Of a stretch of DNA of 64,000 nucleotides, positions 1 to 9,829 are shown piece by piece; positions within the stretch are counted from its first letter, which is position 1; every line of letters starts with the position of its first letter. The notes under the pieces were generated by a model. That model saw only the letters and a list, made by a program, of their open reading frames with translations, did not search any database and was not told where the DNA came from. A program made the position numbers and the translations under genes. Source of the DNA: Deferribacterales bacterium (lineage in GTDB: Bacteria > Chrysiogenota > Deferribacteres > Deferribacterales > Geovibrionaceae); assembly GCA_050253075.1 (NCBI GenBank), contig JBFWJS010000004.1, positions 64,001 through 128,000 on the forward strand. Direction: 5' to 3'.

Positions 1-2371
1 CCATGAGGAAAAAGCCCGCAGGGTTTGTGGAAAGGACTGTCAGAGCAGCAAGAGTGGACTCCGCAAGTGAAGGATCTTCATCATCAGCCTTCTCGAAAGT
101 CGGCGAGCCGGGGTTGTCAGTAACCAGCGGTGTGGCTATCTGTGTAGCTCCAAAGAGACCGAAGAGTTTCTTGCCCTGAACAGCGGCTGTTTCCGCAGCA
201 GCAAGGAGAGTTTCTCCGCCGTTCTCACCGTCTGTCTTCTCGACAAAGACGTATTCGCTGTCGGTAGATATAGCGTTGTATGCTTCTTCTGTAATGTAGT
301 TAAAGCTGCCTACATAGTCAGGGTGGCCTGCACCGATAACAACATCAGGTCTTGTCACATTAACAACCTCTTCTGATATCTCTCCGTAATTATTTCTGTT
401 TACGTTGTGGGAGGAGAAAGAGGCAGGTGTGGCGTGTGTAAACTCAACAGTTGAAACAACACCGTATGCACCGTCACGCTGACTTCTCACTTTATCAGAA
501 ATGTTAAGGAGCTGACCGTCGGCAGGGTCGCCTGTGCTCCAGCCTATGTTTCCGTCATCAGTTTTAACACCTGTTGCCATAGCTGTCCCTGCAGAAGCAG
601 AATCTGTAGCATGTGCAAGCATGTAATTGTCTATGAGAGGATAAGGAAGAGAGCCTGCGATCGCCGGATTATAACCGATTGAATAATCAACCTGATTTGC
701 ATAAACAGCAGCAGCATAGTTCATCTCGCCTTTCACGGCGGCATATGAGTTATATGTATCCACGTCCCATGTGGTAACAAAAGACTGGAATTCGAAATCA
801 TTGAATGAAAGAGCCTCGTCTTCGCCTGTGAGATAACGTGAACCTGCTATTTCATGTGCTTTCTGCATACCGTCACCGATGAAGAGTATAACGTTGCGTC
901 CGTTATCAGCAGCATATTTGGATACTTTGTTTATATCAGTGTTGTCGAGTATCTGAGCTCCGGAATAATGTGAACCCAGAAGCGACTCAAACCGGCTGAC
1001 ATCAGCACCCTTGGCATAGATAGACACGAGCTCGTTTGTGTGACCGCCTGTTCCGTAGTAAACATCGCCGTCGTCATATGTGAAAGAACCGCCGTTTGCT
1101 GTCTGAGTAGGCAGATCGCCCATTCCGGGAGCAAGGGCAGAGTTAAATCTCATGTAGCTGTTACCGTGGTCGGATGTAACTATGATAGTAGTGTTATCCC
1201 AGTCCATACCGTTTAAGCCTGCATCTATAAGCTCCTCAGCCTTTTCAACTGCATAGTGAAGGTCGATAACGCCTCCCACCATACCTGAATAGTTGTTTGC
1301 ATGGTTGCTCCAGTCGATGTCACCCTGCTCTACCATAAGGAAAAAGCCGCCTGTACCTGTTGACTGACTGAGAACCCGAACAGCCGCCTCGGTAGATTCG
1401 GAGAGAAGCGGGTCTTCCTCATTTGTATTAGCAAATGTAGGAGCATCCGGAGTGTCTGTCACTGTCGGAGTAGCTATCTGTGTAGCTCCGAAGAGACCGA
1501 AGAGTTTTGTATTGCCGCCAACCGCAGCCGTAGCAGCAGCAAGGAGAGCGTCTCCGCCGTCGAAGCCGACTGTTCTCTCTACAAATGTATATGTAGGGTC
1601 AACCTGAATAGCTGCGTAGTCAACAGCTGCGATGTAGGTGTTTGAGCCTACAAACGTAGGGTGACCTGCACCGATAACAACATCAGGCTGAGTAGTGGTA
1701 ATTATCTCGTTAGCAATCTCAGTATAGTTGTTTCTGTATACGTTATGGCTTGAGAAAGCTGCAGGTGTCGCGTGTGATATCTCAACAGTGGACACCACGC
1801 CGTATTTGCTGCCTGCATTCACACTTTTATAGTATTCACCGATAAGCTCAAGCTCGCCGCCCGCAGGGTCGCCTGTTTCCCATGCAATATTTCCGGCATC
1901 AGTTTTTTTACCTGTGGACATTGCCGTACCTGCAGAGGCAGAGTCGGTGGCACTGGCACCTGTCGAACTATCAAGAAAATATTTATCTTTAACCATTGAG
2001 GAAGCACCGGCTTTTATAAGGTTAAAACCGATGGAAGGATCGAAAGAGTCAGCAGAATATTCGTCCGCACCCTCGTCTGCGGCATAGCCGTTATATGCAG
2101 ATATATCCCATGTTGTCGCATAACCGGAATATGGAAATACCGAAGTATCTTTCCACAGCATTCCCTCTTCGTCACCATAGAAGTAACGGCCCGCAGCCGC
2201 CTCGTGTTCTTCGTGCATACCATCCCCGATAAAGAGGATAACGTTTTTCGGCACAGTATAACCGTCTGTTCCGGAAAGACCGTTTGCGCCATTGTCTCCG
2301 TCTGAGCCACACCCGATGAGTGCAGCAAGTGAGAAGACAACCAAAAAGATTCTCATCACATTTGCTTTCAA
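1..2371 (-). CDS. Lipoprotein alkaline phosphatase with two tandem PhoA-type domains (3' end beyond window)
   Basis: Not in the ORF track because there is no stop in the window. Read manually: GGAGG RBS, TTG start at 2371, MKANVMRIFLVVFSLAALIG-C lipobox. Domain 1 has NVILFIGDGM, TDSASAGTAMSTG, SHATPA, GFFLMVEQGDIDWSNH, VTSDHG and HTNELV. A second in-frame NVILFIGDGM (ATG at 868), TDSASAGTAMATG, THATPA and GFFLM reaches the window edge. Confidence 0.9.
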   Translation of the reverse strand, partial: MKANVMRIFLVVFSLAALIGCGSDGDNGANGLSGTDGYTVPKNVILFIGDGMHEEHEAAAGRYFYGDEEGMLWKDTSVFPYSGYATTWDISAYNGYAADEGADEYSADSFDPSIGFNLIKAGASSMVKDKYFLDSSTGASATDSASAGTAMSTGKKTDAGNIAWETGDPAGGELELIGEYYKSVNAGSKYGVVSTVEISHATPAAFSSHNVYRNNYTEIANEIITTTQPDVVIGAGHPTFVGSNTYIAAVDYAAIQVDPTYTFVERTVGFDGGDALLAAATAAVGGNTKLFGLFGATQIATPTVTDTPDAPTFANTNEEDPLLSESTEAAVRVLSQSTGTGGFFLMVEQGDIDWSNHANNYSGMVGGVIDLHYAVEKAEELIDAGLNGMDWDNTTIIVTSDHGNSYMRFNSALAPGMGDLPTQTANGGSFTYDDGDVYYGTGGHTNELVSIYAKGADVSRFESLLGSHYSGAQILDNTDINKVSKYAADNGRNVILFIGDGMQKAHEIAGSRYLTGEDEALSFNDFEFQSFVTTWDVDTYNSYAAVKGEMNYAAAVYANQVDYSIGYNPAIAGSLPYPLIDNYMLAHATDSASAGTAMATGVKTDDGNIGWSTGDPADGQLLNISDKVRSQRDGAYGVVSTVEFTHATPASFSSHNVNRNNYGEISEEVVNVTRPDVVIGAGHPDYVGSFNYITEEAYNAISTDSEYVFVEKTDGENGGETLLAAAETAAVQGKKLFGLFGATQIATPLVTDNPGSPTFEKADDEDPSLAESTLAALTVLSTNPAGFFLM

Positions 2372-2583
2372 GATAAACCTCCAAAAAATAATAAGTGCAT
2401 AAAAAGCACCGAATACCGTTCAGTAATACATCTTGAAAGTCAGGGTTAGATTATAAACATATGGTCGTTTTGTTAGTGTTTTTTCATAAAATTATCACAT
2501 AGCGTTTTGATTATTACTATTTGATATAATTGATAAAATCGAAATAACACCATTAACTTAAATAGGAAACAAAGCAGAAAGGA

Positions 2584-2609
2584 GGTAAGGCTCAGAAAAG
2601 AGCCTTACC
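2584..2609 (-). terminator. Probable intrinsic terminator hairpin after fumC
   Basis: GGTAAGGCTC-agaaaa-GAGCCTTACC perfect 10-bp stem just past the fumC stop; weak U tract. Confidence 0.55.
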
Positions 2610-2621
2610 GATTGTTTACAA

Positions 2622-4007
2622 TTATTTATTCGTCATCTCTTCAGGTACAACATATTCGTCGAACTGCTCCGCAGTCAGATATCCCAGCTTAACCGCTGTT
2701 TCCTTCAGAGTAGAGTTCTCTGCGAATGCAGTCTTGGCTATCTTTGCGGCTTTGTCATATCCTATATGCGGGTTAAGAGCCGTCACCAGCATCAGAGAGT
2801 TATGAAGATATTCGTCTATCTTCTCCCTGTTCGGCTTTATGCCTATGGCGCAATTTTCTCTGAAAGAGTTCATGCTGTCCGCCAGAAGCTGAACAGACTG
2901 AAGGAAGTTATATATAATGACGGGCTTGAAAACATTCAGCTCGAAATTACCCTGACTGGCGGCAAATCCTATTGCGGCATCATTGCCGAATACCTGACAA
3001 GCTACCATCGTCACAGCCTCCGACTGCGTAGGGTTTACCTTACCCGGCATGATAGAGCTGCCCGGCTCGTTTTCCGGTATGGACAGCTCGCCGATACCGC
3101 ATCTCGGGCCTGATGCCAGCCAGCGGATATCGTTTGCTATCTTCATCATATTCGCAGCGAGTGCTTTCAGCGCACCGTGTGCGTGTGTAAGTGCATCGTG
3201 GGATGTCAGCGACTGGAACTTATTCGCCGCAGAGACAAACCTTTTACCCGTAACCTTTGAAACCTCAGCCGCCACCATAGGGGACAGCTTCGGATGTGCA
3301 TTCAGCCCTGTACCCACGGCTGTTCCGCCGATGGCGAGCTCCCGCACGTATTCCATAGATTCCCTTATCTGACGTATATTTGTCTCCAGCATGGCGACAT
3401 ATCCGCTGAATTCCTGTCCCAGTGTGAGAGGCGTCGCATCCTGCAGGTGGGTACGCCCTATCTTCACGATGTCCTCAAACTCCTCCATCTTTGCAAAGAG
3501 TGTGTCTTTAAGGTCTTCGAGAGCAGGGAGAAGCAGGTCTTCCACCTGTACAACGGCTGCGATGTGCATCGCTGTGGGGAATGTATCATTGGAGCTCTGA
3601 GACATGTTCACGTGGTCGTTCGGATGTATCGCTTTCTCCTCACGGAAATTCACGCCGAGTATCTCTGATGCTCTGTTGGCTATCACTTCGTTCATGTTCA
3701 TGTTTGTCTGTGTACCGCTCCCTGTCTGCCATACGGCGAGTGGGAACTGGTCTGCCAGTTCGCCTTTCAGTATGTCGTCACACGCCTGCTGGATGGCTTC
3801 GGACTGTTCGTCGTGGAGCTTGCCCAGGCTGTTGTTCACCACGGCGACAGACCTCTTCAGCACGGCAAAGGCATGTATGAGGCTGACGGGCATCTTTTCC
3901 CAGCCTATTTTGAAATTCTCTAAACTTCTCTGGGTCTGGGCAGCCCAGTAAGCATCTATCGGAACCTGCATTTCACCCATAGTGTCTTTTTCGATTCTAT
4001 GTTTCAT
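2622..4007 (-). CDS. fumC: Class II fumarate hydratase
   Basis: RIEKDTMG start, [46 protein letters not shown] signature. Confidence 0.97.
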   Translation of the reverse strand: MKHRIEKDTMGEMQVPIDAYWAAQTQRSLENFKIGWEKMPVSLIHAFAVLKRSVAVVNNSLGKLHDEQSEAIQQACDDILKGELADQFPLAVWQTGSGTQTNMNMNEVIANRASEILGVNFREEKAIHPNDHVNMSQSSNDTFPTAMHIAAVVQVEDLLLPALEDLKDTLFAKMEEFEDIVKIGRTHLQDATPLTLGQEFSGYVAMLETNIRQIRESMEYVRELAIGGTAVGTGLNAHPKLSPMVAAEVSKVTGKRFVSAANKFQSLTSHDALTHAHGALKALAANMMKIANDIRWLASGPRCGIGELSIPENEPGSSIMPGKVNPTQSEAVTMVACQVFGNDAAIGFAASQGNFELNVFKPVIIYNFLQSVQLLADSMNSFRENCAIGIKPNREKIDEYLHNSLMLVTALNPHIGYDKAAKIAKTAFAENSTLKETAVKLGYLTAEQFDEYVVPEEMTNK

Positions 4008-4171
4008 ATTAAAATACCTCTATTTATAGTTTAACACAGCACGGATGCTGTTCGCTTGCGGGAGGCAGCATTAACTTGTTCATGATGCCGACGTAAGTGA
4101 GTTTCCATGGACAGAAACTCACTTTAGTTAATCGGGTCTTTTTCGATTCTATGTTTCATATTAATACCTCT
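3984..4171. repeat. Direct repeat of fumC RBS plus first 8 codons (3984-4021 and 4136-4171)
   Basis: gtctttttcgattctatgtttcatatta(aa)atacctct occurs twice, differing only by a 2-nt indel. Confidence 0.95.
4036..4125 (+). other. GGA-loop hairpin element 1
   Basis: acagca-CGGA-tgctgt, gcttgcGGGAggc and agtgagtttc-caTGGAca-gaaactcact hairpins; shares aacttgttc and tttc...gacagaaa with the element at 61482. Confidence 0.6.
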
Positions 4172-4178
4172 TAAATAC

Positions 4179-4271
4179 GTCATCGCGAGGAGGCTTTAGC
4201 CGACGCGGCGATCTTCCAAACTCATTTATTCTGAGATATCGGAAGATTGCTTCGCTATAGCTCGCAATGAC
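4179..4271. repeat. REP-like palindromic element (full length)
   Basis: gtcatcgcgaggagg...gacgcggcgatcttcc...ggaagattgcttcgctatagctcgcaatgac; the two ends are complementary. Confidence 0.8.
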
Positions 4272-4504
4272 ATAATGTTGTTATTTCAAATTATATCCCA
4301 TATTAAATTATGCCGACTAATCTGTTATCTATCAATTATATCAAAATTATACTACCTCAGCCCTTTTCTGCCATAGAAAATTATACCATGCTAATTTTAA
4401 ACCACCGTTCAAGTCTTGCTTGTAATTTTCAGTATATTGTATACAATCATAGGGCTGAGAATAATTATATTCAAAATAAATAACCTTAAATATGTGAGGT
4501 GGCT

Positions 4505-5371
4505 ATGGAACTCAAAGAGGCAATGCTTGAGCTGATCCGCAGAGCAACCACAGACCTTTCCCCGGATGTGGAAAATGCGATTCAGCAAGCGTACGACAGA
4601 GAGGATGAGGGCACGGCAGCTAAAAACGTTTTCGGTACTATCAGAGAAAACATAAAGCTCGCTAGAGAGGCTTCCACACCTATCTGCCAGGACACAGGCT
4701 CAGTCATTATGTATATTGACTTTCCTGTAGGCGATTCAGAGAAAAAGTACAAAGAAGCAGCAGAAGCAGCGGCTGCTGAGGCTACAAAGCTTCAGTATCT
4801 CCGCCCGAACGCTGTTGATCCTATCACAGGTAAAAACTCCGGCAACAACATAGGCGTTAATGCTCCTTACCTTCACTTTCACCAGTGGGACAAGGACGAG
4901 GTGAGAATCCGCCTTATGCTTAAAGGCGGCGGTTCTGAGAACGTGGGCGCACAATACAAGCTCCCTGATACGGCTCTCAAAGCAGGACGTGACCTTAAAG
5001 GCGTTAAAAAAGTTGTTATCGATGCAGTACAGAAAGCTCAGGGACAGGGATGCGCACCCGGCATTATCGGTATCGGTATCGGCGGCGACAGAGTTACATC
5101 TTTTGCCCTTTCAAAAGAGCAGTTCTTCCGTAAACTCGGCGAAAAAAGCGAGAATGCTGACCTTGCCAAACTTGAAGAGGAGCTTTACACAGACCTCAAC
5201 AAGCTCGGCATCGGACCTATGGGATTCGGCGGTAAGACTACCTGCCTCGGTGTTTACGCAGGCGTACAGCACAGACACCCTGCTACATTCTACGTTTCAA
5301 TCTCTTACACCTGCTGGGCATACAGAAGAAAGCAGATGACAATCAAAGGAAGTGAGGTGACATATGATTAA
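4505..5371 (+). CDS. Fe-S hydro-lyase, class I fumarate hydratase / tartrate dehydratase alpha subunit
   Basis: PICQDTG, LRPNAVDP, KGGGSEN, GCAPG, GIGPMGFGG motifs; ATG at 4505 after GAGGTG RBS. Confidence 0.92.
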   Translation: MELKEAMLELIRRATTDLSPDVENAIQQAYDREDEGTAAKNVFGTIRENIKLAREASTPICQDTGSVIMYIDFPVGDSEKKYKEAAEAAAAEATKLQYLRPNAVDPITGKNSGNNIGVNAPYLHFHQWDKDEVRIRLMLKGGGSENVGAQYKLPDTALKAGRDLKGVKKVVIDAVQKAQGQGCAPGIIGIGIGGDRVTSFALSKEQFFRKLGEKSENADLAKLEEELYTDLNKLGIGPMGFGGKTTCLGVYAGVQHRHPATFYVSISYTCWAYRRKQMTIKGSEVTYD

Positions 5372-5942
5372 GCTCACTACACCTATCAGTGAAGAAACAG
5401 CTCGTTCACTCAAGGTGGGCGATGAAATACTTCTCACAGGGAAGATCGTGACAGCAAGAGACGCTGCTCACAAACTTATGATAGAAGAAAGACCGGACTT
5501 CATCCGTGAACACCTCAAAGACGGTGTTATCTATCACTGCGGACCTGTTGTTAAAAAAGAAGGCGACGAATACTCCTTCGTAGCCGCAGGCCCTACTACA
5601 TCATCCCGTGAAGAGCCTTATCAGGCAGCAGTATGCGAGGAATACTCCGTACGTGCAGTCATCGGTAAAGGCGGAATGGGACCTCTCACAGCAGCAGGAC
5701 TTCAGAAGGTGGGCGCTGTTTACCTTCACGCTGTCGGCGGTGCAGGATCTCTCATCGGTAAAATGGTTAAGAAAGTACACACAGTTTACAAGCTCGAAGA
5801 GTTCGGTGCTCCGGAAGCTTTCTGGGTGTGCGAGGTTGAGGACTTCCCATGTGTTGTCACTATGGACAGCCACGGCGGTTCACTCCACAAAGATATCGCT
5901 GCTGCTTCTCAGAAAGTAGCTGACGAGCTCATGGGCTTATAA
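5364..5942 (+). CDS. Fe-S hydro-lyase, class I fumarate hydratase beta subunit
   Basis: TARDAAH, IYHCGP, AGPTTSSR, IGKGGM, PEAFW, MDSHG motifs; overlaps the alpha subunit gene. Confidence 0.92.
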   Translation: MIKLTTPISEETARSLKVGDEILLTGKIVTARDAAHKLMIEERPDFIREHLKDGVIYHCGPVVKKEGDEYSFVAAGPTTSSREEPYQAAVCEEYSVRAVIGKGGMGPLTAAGLQKVGAVYLHAVGGAGSLIGKMVKKVHTVYKLEEFGAPEAFWVCEVEDFPCVVTMDSHGGSLHKDIAAASQKVADELMGL

Positions 5943-6021
5943 GCATAAGCAGGCATGACACTACACTGTGAATATATGCAGTGTACCCGGTTTGCTCGTT
6001 TCCGTCGGTCACTCGATAACT

Positions 6022-6054
6022 TCATTGCGAGGAGCGACAGCGACACGGCAATCT
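6022..6054. repeat. REP-like element, left half
   Basis: tcattgcgaggagcgacagcgacacggcaatct resembles the left arm of 4179-4271. Confidence 0.7.
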
Positions 6055-6069
6055 AAAAAATGCAAAAAT

Positions 6070-6098
6070 AAAGGGGAACCGCCGGTTCCCCTTTTTTG
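6070..6098. terminator. Bidirectional intrinsic terminator
   Basis: aaaggggaacc-gcc-ggttcccctttttt between convergent genes, with A and T tracts on either side. Confidence 0.85.
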
Positions 6099-6112
6099 TT
6101 TGAAACATTTTA

Positions 6113-6171
6113 GTCATTCTGAGGAAGAATGAAATTCTGACGTGAGAATCTCAGACCTCTGCCCGAGTGAC
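6113..6171. repeat. REP-like element
   Basis: gtcattctgaggaag...gacgtgagaatctc...gagtgac. Confidence 0.7.
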
Positions 6172-6181
6172 AAATAATGGT

Positions 6182-6634
6182 TTAATTGCCCGGACAGTGT
6201 ACCGTAAGTACGGGACAAGGAGCCGAGCGGACAACCTTTTCTGCGGTGGAGCCGAAGATAACATGCTCCAGACCTGTCCTGCCGTGTGTACCGAGCACTA
6301 TCATATCTATGCCGTTCTCTTTGGCGTATTTGATGATCTCATCGTCGGCGATACCCTTCACCATAACTGTGGAGTATTCTATGCCTTCGAGGGCTCTGGT
6401 ATTTTCGACAAATTCCACCATCTTAGCCTTTGCGCCGTCTTCCATATCTTTTGAAAGATTCTGCACGGTGAGCTGAGGCAGGTAGAAAGACACCATCTGG
6501 GATTCATCCAGAAGAACATGCATCATAACGAGCTCCGCATCAAATTTCTTCGCCATTTCTGCCGCATAATAGAGCGCACATGCTGACGGATCGGAGAAAT
6601 CTGTGGGATATAATATTTTTGTAACCTTAACCAT
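6182..6634 (-). CDS. Universal stress protein (UspA family)
   Basis: ILYPTDFS start, DMIVLGTHGRTG...FGSTAEKVVRSAPCPVLTV. Confidence 0.95.
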   Translation of the reverse strand: MVKVTKILYPTDFSDPSACALYYAAEMAKKFDAELVMMHVLLDESQMVSFYLPQLTVQNLSKDMEDGAKAKMVEFVENTRALEGIEYSTVMVKGIADDEIIKYAKENGIDMIVLGTHGRTGLEHVIFGSTAEKVVRSAPCPVLTVHCPGN

Positions 6635-6682
6635 CTTAATCCTCCTTATGGAGTTACATAGTACAATTGGTTTGTATAAATA

Positions 6683-7051
6683 TTATATACGATTTTCGAG
6701 AATTTTTCTGCAAAGATCTATGAGTTTTTTTACATCGTATGGTTTATAAACAACATCGATGGCACCCATTTGATAAGCTGATAGCATATTTTCGATATTG
6801 TCGTAGCCTGTGATGACGATGACGGGGATGTCACGTCCGAGGCTGCTGAGGGAGTAGAGAAACTGTATACCGTCTGAGACGGGCATAACGAGGTCGGTCA
6901 CTATAAGGTGATAGTCATTATCCTTTACCTTATCCAGAGCGAAAAGACCATTGCTGACAGAATCGACAACAAAGCCTTCTGCTGTGAAGATATCTGAAAG
7001 TGCGGATTTTTCCATCTCATTGTCTTCTGCCAATAAAATCCTATAAGCCAT
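6683..7051 (-). CDS. Single-domain response regulator (receiver)
   Basis: ILLAEDN, LIVTDLVMP, VIVITG, KPY receiver motifs; start uncertain (7051 or 7063). Confidence 0.9.
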   Translation of the reverse strand: MAYRILLAEDNEMEKSALSDIFTAEGFVVDSVSNGLFALDKVKDNDYHLIVTDLVMPVSDGIQFLYSLSSLGRDIPVIVITGYDNIENMLSAYQMGAIDVVYKPYDVKKLIDLCRKILENRI

Positions 7052-7055
7052 TACG

Positions 7056-7895
7056 TTACCCAAATAGTTGTATATAGTTATCTTCTAATTGTATACCAAG
7101 TTCGTATAGGTTTGCACCAATTATTTCGCATATCTGATGTAAATTATACACAACGTAAGCCGGTTCGTTTACTTTGCCTCTGTATGGCTCGGGTGTGAGG
7201 TATGGGCTGTCGGTCTCTATGAAGAGTCTGTCTGCGGGGACATATTTAACGGTGTCACGCAGCTCATCGGATTTTTTATATGTCACAGGCCCGGCATAGG
7301 ATATGTAGAATCCATTGTCCAGAGCCCATTTCTGCAGGCCTCTGTCTCCGCTGAAGCAGTGAATTATGCCGTTCTTTTCACGTCCTTTCACTATGGATGA
7401 GAGCACGTCTATGCAGTCTTTGTCTGAGTCTCTGTTGTGTATGACGACAGGCTTGCCCGCTGATACCGCAAGGTCTAGAAACATGGCGAAGACCTCTCTC
7501 TGTCTGTCTCTGGGTGAGTGGTCATAGAAATAGTCCAAGCCTATCTCGCCGACGGCAATGGCCTTAGGGTCTTTCAGCATCTCTTCGAATTCTGCTAACC
7601 GGGATATGGTGAACTGCTCTGCATCGTGCGGGTGCACACCCACGGTGTAAAAGACATTGTCCGCCCTTCGGCTGACGGCCTGCGCCTTGATGCTGTCTTT
7701 CAGGTCTGTGCCTATGGTGACGATGCGGTGGACGCCGTTCTCCGCAGCACGTGCGAGGACGCCCTCTGTGTCGTCGGCCAGAGGCTCCATGTGTATATGA
7801 GCATGGGTATCGGTAAACCTTGCCCCTTTCCCGACGGCACTTTTCAGCTCAGCGAGAAATTCAATATCGGCAAGGCTGCCGCGTTTTTTTATCAT
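7056..7895 (-). CDS. tatD: TatD family hydrolase/nuclease
   Basis: DTHAH, GVHPH, GEIGLDY, IHNR, IHCFS, ETDSPYL. Confidence 0.93.
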   Translation of the reverse strand: MIKKRGSLADIEFLAELKSAVGKGARFTDTHAHIHMEPLADDTEGVLARAAENGVHRIVTIGTDLKDSIKAQAVSRRADNVFYTVGVHPHDAEQFTISRLAEFEEMLKDPKAIAVGEIGLDYFYDHSPRDRQREVFAMFLDLAVSAGKPVVIHNRDSDKDCIDVLSSIVKGREKNGIIHCFSGDRGLQKWALDNGFYISYAGPVTYKKSDELRDTVKYVPADRLFIETDSPYLTPEPYRGKVNEPAYVVYNLHQICEIIGANLYELGIQLEDNYIQLFG

Positions 7896-9829
7896 TATTT
7901 AATGTCTGTTCCCGGTGCGACACTGTCTGGCAGTTCGAGCACTCTGTGCTGTTTGCCGTCAACAGTGGCAGAGAGTATCATCCCCTCTGAAAGCGTTCCC
8001 ATCAGCTTCGCAGGCTTCAGGTTTGCCACCAGTACTACAGTTTTGCCGACCATGTCTTCAGGCTCATAGCTCTTTGCTATACCGCTGACGACCTGACGTT
8101 TTTCTGTGCCGAGGTCGAGCTGCAGCTTAAGGAGTTTGTCGGATTTAGCCACTTTCTCACATTCGAGAACCTTGGCAGCTTTCAGCACCATCTTTTCAAA
8201 ATGGGCGAAATCTATCTCTTCCACCACAGGCTGGCCCTTGTCGTCCTTCTTCTTAGAGTCAGACTCTTTTTTCAGCTCTTCTATCATCTCTTTTTCGTCA
8301 ATTCTAGGGAAAAGCTGTTCAGCTTCGCCGAGTTTATGCCCTGATTCGTATGTGCGTATCTTGCGCAGTTCTGCTACGTCGGATTTCTCCAGCTCTGCTT
8401 TTGTACCGAGCTGACGGCGCATCTTAACCGCTGTTTCAGGCATGAAAGGATAAAGAAGGAGAGAAACGAGCCTCATGCCGTCGAGCACTGTATAGAGCAC
8501 AGAGCCGAGTCTGCCTTTTCTCGTTTCATCTTTCGCCAGAGCCCACGGGGCTGTCTCGTCGATGTATTTATTGAGTGCGCTCACCAGCTCCCACATTGTC
8601 ATGAGTGCTTTGTTGAACGCCATGTTTGTTATGTGTTCGTCCACTTCTCTGAAGACACGCTCGATGGTTTCCACCACTGCCTTGTCCTCCGGGCCTTCCT
8701 CTGTGAATGCGGGCACGACGCCGTCGAAGTATCTGTTAACCATACCCATAGTACGGTTAAGCAGGTTTCCGAGGTCGTTTGCGAGGTCGCCGTTTATCCT
8801 GTGTATCAGCGCTTTGAACGAGAAGTCTCCGTCCAGACCGAAAGGTACTTCCCTCAGCAGGAAATATCTGATGGCATCCACGCCGAATTTCTCTACGAGC
8901 CATGCGGGGTCTATGGCGTTACCCATAGATTTAGACATCTTCTGACCTTCCACTGTCCACCAGCCGTGTGCGAAAACGCTCTTCGGCAGAGGAATACCTG
9001 CGGAAAGGAGCATTGTCGGCCAGTATACCGTGTGGAATCTGAGGATATCTTTACCCACCACGTGATAGTCGGCAGGCCAGTATTTTTCGAAATCTGCGCC
9101 GTCGTGACCGTATCCGAGTGCGGAGATATAGTTTGTCAGAGCATCCACCCATACGTATATGATGTGGTCCTCATCCTCCGGTACGGGGATACCCCATTTG
9201 AATGTAACACGGGAGACAGAGAGGTCTCTCAGGCCGTCTTTTATGAATGATATGATCTCGTTACGTCTTGATTCAGGACGTATGAAGTCTTTGTTGTCTT
9301 CGATGTGTTTCAGGAGCTGGTCGCCGTATTTGCTCATTTTGAAAAAGTATGAAGGCTCTTTCAGAGTGGCGGTCTCACGTCCGCATGAAGGACAGCAGTT
9401 TCCGTCGAGGAGCTGTGTCTCTGTGAGGTATGTCTCGCAGGGAGTACAATACCAGCCCTCGTAATGACCGAGATAGATATCGCCGTTCTCCTGCATCTTT
9501 TTGAATATTTTACGCACGCCCTCTTTGTGGAGTTCGTCTGTAGTACGGATGAATTTGTCGTTGGAGATGTTCAGTATCTTCCACAGACCTGCAAATCTTT
9601 CCACGACTTCGTCGGCGAGCTGCTTCGGAGTGATGCCTCTCTTCTCGGCTGCCTGCTCGATCTTCTGACCGTGTTCGTCTGTCCCGGTGAGGAAGCATAC
9701 GTCGTATCCACAGAGCCTTTTGTATCTGCTCACTGTATCACAGGCAACTGTAGTGTATGCGTGACCGATGTGCGGTACGTCATTCACATAGTATATTGGT
9801 GTGGATACATAAAAAGTCTTGCCTGTCAT
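7895..9829 (-). CDS. metG: Methionine--tRNA ligase with C-terminal tRNA-binding domain
   Basis: PIYYVN..PHIGH, GTDEHG, KMSKS, C-terminal OB (Trbp111-like) domain. Confidence 0.98.
   Translation of the reverse strand: MTGKTFYVSTPIYYVNDVPHIGHAYTTVACDTVSRYKRLCGYDVCFLTGTDEHGQKIEQAAEKRGITPKQLADEVVERFAGLWKILNISNDKFIRTTDELHKEGVRKIFKKMQENGDIYLGHYEGWYCTPCETYLTETQLLDGNCCPSCGRETATLKEPSYFFKMSKYGDQLLKHIEDNKDFIRPESRRNEIISFIKDGLRDLSVSRVTFKWGIPVPEDEDHIIYVWVDALTNYISALGYGHDGADFEKYWPADYHVVGKDILRFHTVYWPTMLLSAGIPLPKSVFAHGWWTVEGQKMSKSMGNAIDPAWLVEKFGVDAIRYFLLREVPFGLDGDFSFKALIHRINGDLANDLGNLLNRTMGMVNRYFDGVVPAFTEEGPEDKAVVETIERVFREVDEHITNMAFNKALMTMWELVSALNKYIDETAPWALAKDETRKGRLGSVLYTVLDGMRLVSLLLYPFMPETAVKMRRQLGTKAELEKSDVAELRKIRTYESGHKLGEAEQLFPRIDEKEMIEELKKESDSKKKDDKGQPVVEEIDFAHFEKMVLKAAKVLECEKVAKSDKLLKLQLDLGTEKRQVVSGIAKSYEPEDMVGKTVVLVANLKPAKLMGTLSEGMILSATVDGKQHRVLELPDSVAPGTDIK

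Noticed and set aside
931..2384. Four short minus-strand ORFs in the track
   Set aside because: Out-of-frame overlaps of the long alkaline phosphatase frame
2372..2560. Pho box upstream of the alkaline phosphatase
   Set aside because: Only weak ctaac-like repeats in AT-rich DNA, with no clear 11-bp periodic direct repeats
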